Source: Candidatus Thorarchaeota archaeon (GTDB lineage Archaea; Asgardarchaeota; Thorarchaeia; Thorarchaeales; Thorarchaeaceae). From it: 64,000 nt of DNA. The stretch covers positions 63,861 to 127,860 of the forward strand of contig JAEOUM010000117.1 in NCBI GenBank assembly GCA_016839275.1. The letters run 5' to 3'. Each line of letters begins with the position of its first letter. The first letter of the stretch is position 1. The translations under genes and the position numbers were made by a program. Shown piece after piece: positions 57,997-64,000 of this stretch. The notes under the pieces are model-generated. The model saw nothing but the letters and a program-made list of their open reading frames with translations, was not told where the DNA came from and ran no database searches.

Positions 57997-58557
57997 TTGC
58001 GAACACTCTCCATCATCACAATCATGATGTTGTTTATCCTGGCATTCACAAATGTCCCCTGTGTTGATTCCATAAATAGTGAGTGTGGGTCATCATTTCT
58101 GGACCCATATGATGAAGACAGATTTTTCTTAGAGGCAGAAGCTGGCGAGCAGATCCAGCTGACCTATGAAGCAAGTCTGTATCCCGTAGAATGTGCATTG
58201 TATATACTTCAAAGCTACGATTGGAGTGTTAATCCATCTCTTATTGATCTGAACATTCTCACGCGCACCTATCATCGCATCGGGATAAGTGATAAAATCG
58301 GATTTACAGCCACAGAGAGCCCAGGTTTTCTTCTCGTGGTTCTAAACACCGCTAATTTTTCTCAGTCTTTCGATTATGAATGGGTTCGTACTGTCCAGAG
58401 TCAAGAGATGATTGCCTTGACTACTACAACTATTCTTCTCATATGGGTATTAATCTGTGGCTTCTGTCTTTTATTGTTCAGAAGACGGCATAGACAACTT
58501 ATACGAATTAAACACGCTCATCCAGACCCAAGTCTGGATACAATAGAACACGTCTAA
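57997..58557 (+). CDS. Membrane-anchored or secreted protein (N-terminal signal/TM and C-terminal TM)
   Basis: N-terminal hydrophobic segment, Cys-containing ectodomain, C-terminal TM followed by RRRHR stop-transfer. Confidence 0.4.
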   Translation: MRTLSIITIMMLFILAFTNVPCVDSINSECGSSFLDPYDEDRFFLEAEAGEQIQLTYEASLYPVECALYILQSYDWSVNPSLIDLNILTRTYHRIGISDKIGFTATESPGFLLVVLNTANFSQSFDYEWVRTVQSQEMIALTTTTILLIWVLICGFCLLLFRRRHRQLIRIKHAHPDPSLDTIEHV

Positions 58558-58704
58558 AGAAAATTGGTTTGCACGAATTAATGACAGTGTATTTGGGAGA
58601 AACCTTCGGTTTAGAGGATTAACAATGATTATACATAGGACTTCCATTTTAGACTATTAACTATAGTTTATATATAAATTGGGTGTTGCTCTCTGTGATA
58701 ACTC

Positions 58705-59004
58705 ATGTCAAGTGGTGACATTTTCGAAAATCTACAGTTTTTACAAGAAGGTCCAAGCAAAATTGCTATTGTGGAAAGGGATGGTTATTCCGTTATGCGT
58801 CTATCTCTTGGGAAGGGAGCACGAGCACCGCCTCATGTGGCGGCGCACTCTGCATTCTTCTTTGTACTGAAAGGACGAGCGATTATCACATCTGGCGATG
58901 AAGAGGTTGAGCTTGGGGAGAATCAATACATTTCTGTAGAAGCTAATCAGATGCGCGGCATTCATGCCTTAGAGGATCTCGTCATTCTAGCTGTGAAAGA
59001 CTAA
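58705..59004 (+). CDS. Cupin-domain protein
   Basis: PPHVAAHSAFFFVLKGRA...GENQYISVEANQMRGIHA. Confidence 0.5.
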   Translation: MSSGDIFENLQFLQEGPSKIAIVERDGYSVMRLSLGKGARAPPHVAAHSAFFFVLKGRAIITSGDEEVELGENQYISVEANQMRGIHALEDLVILAVKD

Positions 59005-59060
59005 TCCATTTACCTGATTGAAGGAAAAAGTATGAATCTTTGTGCACTCAAGCTAATCCA

Positions 59061-60065
59061 TTACTTCTTTCTTAGGACCACAATCATGTGCGTTCCACAA
59101 TCAATAGCTCCTGACTCCTTGCAAACATCAAGCTCCCACTGCAAGAATGCGCTCCACTTCTTTTGATCTTTCATAATCTCTTCCAAAAATTCCTGAGATG
59201 AATGACTGTTAGACAAGACTGCAGAAGCCGATGCAACAACAATCTCACAAGGATACTCTGTTAGTATTTCTCTCAACTCACTCCATCTAAACATATGACA
59301 ATAGTGTTTGTTGGGAGCAGCTACATTCCCGATCACATTTCCATCCATTAACGCCTGCTCAGTCCTCTTGATTCCTACATCATCAACTAGTTTGAACACT
59401 TCCTCTAAGAGGTACTGAAAGGTTCCAACTGTAGACATAACGCCCAGGAAGATATAGCCATTCGGTCTAGTGACACGAATTACTTCACGCAGTGCATCAT
59501 GAACGTATTCGAAGACATAACTCAGAGGGCCACCATATGCCACTGTTGCATCAAAGGACTCATCTTCGAGCTCTGATAGGTTTCGAATGTCCATCTTCTT
59601 TCTCCAGACAACTGCATCCTCATATCCAGTCTCGGTGACCTTCTGTTTGTTCAATCGAAGCTGTACAGACGAAATATCAATGATACTGATCTTGGCTCCC
59701 AATTTTGCGAGTTCAATTGTATACCTCCCAGGGCCTGGACCAATTTCAAGTACATTATTCCCTTGTTTGATATACTGCTGGAGATAGTGATTATGAATAT
59801 GAAATCCGACTTGGTTTGTCGGTGTTCTCACCATCCGCTCCCATTCATCTAATCCCATCTCATCAAAGCATTCCTCTATCGCTTTCGGATCATATAACGG
59901 TGGCATGTTCCCTTTCCTCCAGGAGAATACTAAATCTTGATTGAGCTTGTTCAAAACTGTTTGGCTAATCGATTGGGTAAGAAAAAAAGATGGTAGTGGG
60001 TAGTGTTGCTGCAGAGGAAAAACTAAACTCGGTTCACAAGTATGAACAAATGACTGTAATGACAC
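59061..60065 (-). CDS. Class I SAM-dependent methyltransferase
   Basis: Motif I VLEIGPGPGRYTIELAKLGAKISIIDIS. Confidence 0.7.
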   Translation of the reverse strand: MSLQSFVHTCEPSLVFPLQQHYPLPSFFLTQSISQTVLNKLNQDLVFSWRKGNMPPLYDPKAIEECFDEMGLDEWERMVRTPTNQVGFHIHNHYLQQYIKQGNNVLEIGPGPGRYTIELAKLGAKISIIDISSVQLRLNKQKVTETGYEDAVVWRKKMDIRNLSELEDESFDATVAYGGPLSYVFEYVHDALREVIRVTRPNGYIFLGVMSTVGTFQYLLEEVFKLVDDVGIKRTEQALMDGNVIGNVAAPNKHYCHMFRWSELREILTEYPCEIVVASASAVLSNSHSSQEFLEEIMKDQKKWSAFLQWELDVCKESGAIDCGTHMIVVLRKK

Positions 60066-60472
60066 TGATTATGATTCTAGACAAGATTTTTCCCCTTGGG
60101 GCAATACTAGTGGGTATACTCCTTGCTCTGCTCTGTCTTGGACTGCCACTCAATAGATACAAGGGCCACTGGTCCCAATGGTCAATGTCATCAAGAACCT
60201 GTTTCTTGCTATTGTTTGCCTCAGTGATTGGACTCACTATCATCGTTCTGCAGTATATCGTTTGGAGTAGCACGGGCCCTGACGTATTCTAGATATCTAT
60301 CTAGCAGTTATTCATGTCTAACTTAGAGTATCTGAAAGATGCTTTTGAAATTGCTACTGAAGAGGACCAGATACTTCCTATCACATTGGAGAATGGTGAG
60401 GAAGGGTATTGCATCAATCCTGACTTTGATGAAGAAGATTAGTAAATAACGAGAAATATTAGCTATAGTAAA

Positions 60473-60601
60473 TGGTAGCGGGCGGAAGATTTGAACTTCC
60501 GATCTCAGGGTGCCTCCGAGTGCAAGACTCATATGAGCCCTGCGGGATAGGCTTTGCCCGTCTGCAGAAAATCCGCAGACGACTGGCTTCCCCAGCCCGC
60601 T
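60473..60601 (-). tRNA. tRNA-Met(CAT), initiator-like, with two introns (canonical 37/38 and D-loop) and encoded CCA
   Basis: Reverse complement gives acceptor AGCGGGC/GCCCGCT (A1:U72), discriminator A, anticodon stem CAGGG/CCCTG with three G:C pairs, loop CTCATA|A interrupted by a 20-nt insert after position 37, T arm GGAAG-TTCAAAT-CTTCC. About 33 extra nt with hairpin GTCTGC-GGATTTTCT-GCAGAC lie in the D-loop region. Confidence 0.65.
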
Positions 60602-60757
60602 TTACTTAAATGTTTGCTTAACCAAAGACGAATGAGAACCAATTGCCCAAATCCGCCAAGGTTAGAGGGAAGAGGGCAGTTGCGAGTTTTAAAGTTATTC
60701 GTAGGACAGGTCTGTGGGATGCCTGTCGATATTGGTTTGCTTTTTCAATGAACGTGA

Positions 60758-62017
60758 CTATGCATCTCCGCAGAGGCGTGCGGTTTCTCTCCTACCCCTT
60801 CGGTCAAGAACACATACAAGAGCCACCGTGGAGATAATTAGAATAGGCGGGAGATACGCACTGACGAAATTGGAGAGTGGATCTTCAACGACCTGCACCT
60901 CGACCCAATCTGTGACAATAAACCCTCCTCGGTCTTGAAGACATAATTCGAAGAAATGGGTCCCCACTCTAAGCCCATCAATGGACACATCAAAACGAGA
61001 GCTATTCCAGAAACCTTCCTCTGAAAGGGACATGCCACTATACGAATAATGTAGACTGTCAAACAACCAGTATCTGTATGGGTGGTCATCATAGCACTCC
61101 CATGATATAGTATTTCCAGTTTCACCCTGAATATACTCCCTGTCGGGCTGAGGGGTTAGCAACGGAGGGGACGTATCGGTAATACCACCAATCTCGTACT
61201 CAAGATAGATATCATGAAAACGGAATGGTGGAATCGGAAAATATTCGTAGCCATAAAGTCCTACAACAGTCAATACCAGGTACCTAATTGGCCTATAATA
61301 TTCCACATCATTTTCCACAACAATTGTACTGTTCAGAGTCGGATAGGCTGGGATTTTCCCCCATAATCCTTGGCCGTGTGAATATGTTGCGCTCAAAGTT
61401 GAGTTTACAATATTCATATTCCAGTCAATGTAGAGTATCGAATAGTTATTGTCGTCTCTGCCTAGGTCCAGATAGAAAAATGAAGAATTCCTTGGGTGAT
61501 ACATCCAAGTCAAGTCCCCCTGGGCCTTAGGACCTATATCTCGACAGCTTGCAACCAGAACGGGACTAAGAGTTTCATCAAAAAGGCCTATTGCAGCTGC
61601 TCCTCTGGCTTCAGGATTCGAATTGATTAGTTCGATTTGGACACTGAAGTTCCGGAGTCCAGCGACTGGAAATGTATCCAGTAGATCGCATATGAAGGTT
61701 GGACCATAATAAACCCAACTGTAATCACCCTGAAGAGTTGAGATATTTGCTGTGTAAAGACATTGTCCATCAGATTCGAGAACTCCCTCTGTATTCACAG
61801 CAGTATAACTACTCATTCCTATGGGAAAACGTCTCGGTAACTCTCCATACTGAAACCCAGATGTATTTGTACAGTCATGGTGCCAGGTCTTGACTACTGG
61901 TTCCTGGGATGGAAGCGATGGTGAGAGTATCTTGAGTATCGCCTTGTCTGAGGTAGCTGGCTGACTGAGAGGCATGCAGAGTGAGCACCCTATCAATAAC
62001 AAAACAACAAGTTTCAC
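60758..62017 (-). CDS. Secreted/surface protein with N-terminal signal peptide and C-terminal TM anchor
   Basis: MKLVVLLLIGCSLC signal; C-terminal ILIISTVALVCVL followed by RRGRRE; several N-x-S/T sites. Confidence 0.5.
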   Translation of the reverse strand: MKLVVLLLIGCSLCMPLSQPATSDKAILKILSPSLPSQEPVVKTWHHDCTNTSGFQYGELPRRFPIGMSSYTAVNTEGVLESDGQCLYTANISTLQGDYSWVYYGPTFICDLLDTFPVAGLRNFSVQIELINSNPEARGAAAIGLFDETLSPVLVASCRDIGPKAQGDLTWMYHPRNSSFFYLDLGRDDNNYSILYIDWNMNIVNSTLSATYSHGQGLWGKIPAYPTLNSTIVVENDVEYYRPIRYLVLTVVGLYGYEYFPIPPFRFHDIYLEYEIGGITDTSPPLLTPQPDREYIQGETGNTISWECYDDHPYRYWLFDSLHYSYSGMSLSEEGFWNSSRFDVSIDGLRVGTHFFELCLQDRGGFIVTDWVEVQVVEDPLSNFVSAYLPPILIISTVALVCVLDRRGRRETARLCGDA

Positions 62018-62178
62018 TATTCGATTGCCTCTGATTGAAACAAACCCCCGAACACGCAGTTCTATCGCAGTACCACTTAACGTCAGAGGATGTTAATGTT
62101 TTGGATGTTTGGAATTATTCATAAAACAACTTCTAAGATAACATATACGAATCATTCACGAAGCATTATAACCATAAA

Positions 62179-62586
62179 TTGAGAAGGGCTCCCGAGAAGA
62201 CTATGAGAGGTAGAAGAAGAGACCCCGGTCGAAGATCTGGTGGTGTCAGGAGACCGTTTCTTCACGCTCGACGCCCCCTTAGAAGACGCGTTGCTCGACG
62301 ATTGCTGCGCCTCAGTGTAGGTTCTGCTCTCCTATACATGATAGCAGGCACGGACAAGGCAGTGAAGCTCAGGCATGACGACGCAGAGAGCATCGAGAGC
62401 GAGGTTGGCAAGCCGATTACAGACATGGATGAGAAGGAGCTCGTCGAGACCATGCAGCGCTTAGGAATAAAGAGCATCTCACTCACTGACGAAGAGAAGG
62501 AAACCGTACTCCTCTCCTGTCCGTATTGTGGTCACAGGAATGAGGAAGATGCCAGAAAATGCGAGAATTGTGGGGCTAGTATCTAA
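62179..62586 (+). CDS. Small protein with C-terminal zinc ribbon and Arg-rich N-terminal extension; start uncertain
   Basis: CPYCGHRNEEDARKCENCG at the C-terminus; the N-terminal 45 aa are Arg-rich, in a locally GC-rich patch. Confidence 0.3.
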   Translation: MRRAPEKTMRGRRRDPGRRSGGVRRPFLHARRPLRRRVARRLLRLSVGSALLYMIAGTDKAVKLRHDDAESIESEVGKPITDMDEKELVETMQRLGIKSISLTDEEKETVLLSCPYCGHRNEEDARKCENCGASI

Positions 62587-62689
62587 CCCAAGTGCTTCGC
62601 CGCCAAACTCCCGCATCATATGAGATGAAAAGGGACTGAACCACTGAAAGTTTGACAGCTCCTCCATGTGATACATACATTGTTCTATC

Positions 62690-62983
62690 ATGGGAGTAGA
62701 AACGCTAACCTCGGAGAACAACGCGATGCTACTTGAAGCCTCTCTCCTCGTCGCAATCTATGCCATATGGATAGTACTCCTCGTGAATGTGATGGTATCC
62801 AGTGAAGAGGTTTCTCTGACGATTGCCACGCTCCCATTCATAGTGACCTTCCCTGTAGCGCTCATTCTCTCAGCAATCCTGGAGATTACAGTACCCGGAG
62901 CTTTCTTAGCAGATATTCTTCTGACCATGATCGTTGGTGTTCTTCTCTTCATAAGATGGGTGATGGCCATAGTGGGAGAATAA
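62690..62983 (+). CDS. Small membrane protein (3 TM)
   Basis: 97 aa, hydrophobic. Confidence 0.3.
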   Translation: MGVETLTSENNAMLLEASLLVAIYAIWIVLLVNVMVSSEEVSLTIATLPFIVTFPVALILSAILEITVPGAFLADILLTMIVGVLLFIRWVMAIVGE

Positions 62984-63026
62984 CCTAGTTTCTACTAGGA
63001 GAAGTAGTATTGGATGAAATCCGAAG

Positions 63027-63188
63027 GAATGTATGTCTATTCCTTACGCTTGAACTCAGAATATCCGCAGCGTCCGCAGGCGTATCGGTTGAAATGTTCT
63101 GCCATGAAGGTGCCCTTCTCACAACGGGGGCAAGCCCTCTTGTTTGGAGTAACCTTACCGGACTTATCGACCTTGTACATAGTATGTG
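63027..63188 (-). CDS. rps27ae: 30S ribosomal protein S27ae (eS31) zinc ribbon; below the 60-aa cutoff and absent from the ORF track
   Basis: Manual translation of the minus strand gives [53 protein letters not shown]; GGAGG precedes the ATG; lies immediately after rps24e. Confidence 0.75.
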
Positions 63189-63197
63189 CCTTGGGCA

Positions 63198-63503
63198 TTA
63201 CTCTGCATCCTCCTTCTTCTTCGACTCATGACGCTTTTTGATATGAGCCAGCTCGATTTTGTTCATCTGTTCAGGTGTCGAATAGATTCTTGCTGTACCC
63301 TCGGTCATACCGATTCCATACTTTGTGTCGAGCTTTTTGATCACAACTGCTGCAGCATCTGCGTTAAATTGTGCCATGATTTTTGCACGAATATCAGCCC
63401 TACTAGGCGTAGTCGTACCTGTATGGTCCACCCTGAACTCGATTTCTTTTCGTGCAAGGGGTTTGTTTTCTTTTTCCTTAAGAATCTCAATTTTCATTGG
63501 CAT
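63198..63503 (-). CDS. rps24e: 30S ribosomal protein S24e (eS24); the ORF track extends the N-terminus to 63593
   Basis: [32 protein letters not shown]...[11 protein letters not shown] pattern. Confidence 0.8.
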   Translation of the reverse strand: MPMKIEILKEKENKPLARKEIEFRVDHTGTTTPSRADIRAKIMAQFNADAAAVVIKKLDTKYGIGMTEGTARIYSTPEQMNKIELAHIKKRHESKKKEDAE

Positions 63504-63598
63504 CACTTGCTGAGAATCAGACCACATCAGTTGTGGGGTCAGGCAGTCGACTTGGAGTTGTCTAATAAAGCTTTCACCAGTGACACTAGTCACAAGGT

Positions 63599-63802
63599 CT
63601 AGCGGACTTTCAATGCGTACTTGCCTGGTTTGTCAATATTGAGCCGTGAGGCTACATAGGAGTCCTTTCTTGGGTCGTCATGCAGGCTCTTTCCTGGGAG
63701 GATGACTACAATTCCTGTGTATGAAGTAGACAGACTGGTGCTCTTACAATTTGGGCACATACTCTCATTCGTGAGGTAGTGACAAGCTCTACATGCTTTC
63801 AT
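63599..63802 (-). CDS. spt4: Transcription elongation factor Spt4 (RpoE''); the ORF track extends the N-terminus via a GTG
   Basis: MKACRACHYLTNESMCPNCKSTSLSTSYTGIVVILPGKS zinc ribbon. Confidence 0.75.
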   Translation of the reverse strand: MKACRACHYLTNESMCPNCKSTSLSTSYTGIVVILPGKSLHDDPRKDSYVASRLNIDKPGKYALKVR

Positions 63803-63827
63803 TTTCGCTATTTCATTTCCCTCCAGG

Positions 63828-64000
63828 TTACTTCTTTTTCTCTTTCTTTGTTTCACCACGGGCTGCCTTTACATCATCCTCGACCCATGATTGGTCCGGA
63901 CAAATCTTTCCAAGGAATGGCTGTCTCATTGTGAGACCTAGCTTACCGGACTTATTGCCAGACTCGAAACTGATTGATGTGACTCTGGCACGAACCATAT
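63828..64000 (-). CDS. rpoE: RNA polymerase subunit E' (Rpo7), C-terminal end only; gene continues beyond the window
   Basis: Minus-strand frame gives ...RARVTSISFESGNKSGKLGLTMRQPFLGKI...RGETKKEKKK stop (S1-domain-like); conserved rpoE'-spt4 order. Confidence 0.45.
   Translation of the reverse strand, partial: MVRARVTSISFESGNKSGKLGLTMRQPFLGKICPDQSWVEDDVKAARGETKKEKKK

Noticed and set aside
60554-60938. Three overlapping + strand ORFs (60554..60751, 60643..60837, 60714..60938)
   Set aside because: They overlap the tRNA-iMet gene and its flank and the start of the surface protein gene on the other strand. They are mutually overlapping, with no RBS or motif.
63599-63859. Lys/Arg-rich N-terminal extension of Spt4 (MVKQRKRKRSNLEGNEIAK...)
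   Set aside because: The extension starts at a GTG inside the 3' end of the upstream rpoE' gene, in a different frame, and runs across its stop. The canonical Spt4 start MKACRAC has its own GGAGG-like RBS.
1-64000. CRISPR arrays, cas genes, transposases or IS elements
   Set aside because: Scanned for regularly spaced 24-40 bp direct repeats and for DDE/HTH transposase-like ORFs; none was found. The only repeat pair of note is the tRNA-Leu 3' duplication.

Overview
This window looks like an archaeal chromosomal segment, about 42% GC, dense with information-processing genes. Several tRNAs carry introns, and two proteins end in eukaryote-like low-complexity Arg/Gly/Asp tails, which hints at a deep-branching, possibly Asgard-like lineage; that is inference only.

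By category, the supported features are:

- Replication and repair: NurA-HerA, PolD small subunit DP1, Orc1/Cdc6 with a putative origin immediately upstream, PCNA, primase PriS, a GINS-like protein, a degenerate RecJ/Cdc45-like DHH protein, and an Fpg/Nei glycosylase.
- Transcription: RpoL, TFS, Spt4, and a partial RpoE'.
- Translation and RNA processing: ribosomal proteins S15, S3Ae, L15e, S24e and S27ae, KEOPS subunits Kae1, Bud32 and Pcc1, exosome Csl4, RNase P proteins Pop5 and Rpp30, FAU-1, an Sm protein, and a mini-RNase-III-like protein.
- tRNAs: Leu(TAG), Ser(CGA) with a T-arm intron, and an initiator-like Met(CAT) with two introns.

Three regions look accessory or unusual:

- (i) An HdrC-HdrB-HdrA-HdrA/MvhD module is translationally coupled to a 760-aa protein that combines coiled coil, two winged helices and a C-terminal di-cluster ferredoxin. 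An acyl-CoA dehydrogenase follows it. No hydrogenase, formate dehydrogenase or EtfAB is present.
- (ii) A module of two NifX-like genes, two MinD-ferredoxin ATPases and a DUF134 regulator.
- (iii) A 2.1-kb insert sits directly downstream of tRNA-Leu and is bounded by a 34-bp direct repeat of the tRNA 3' end. It resembles the remnant of an integrated element.

No CRISPR array and no obvious transposase were seen. All protein calls rest on motifs recognised by eye; no database search was run.
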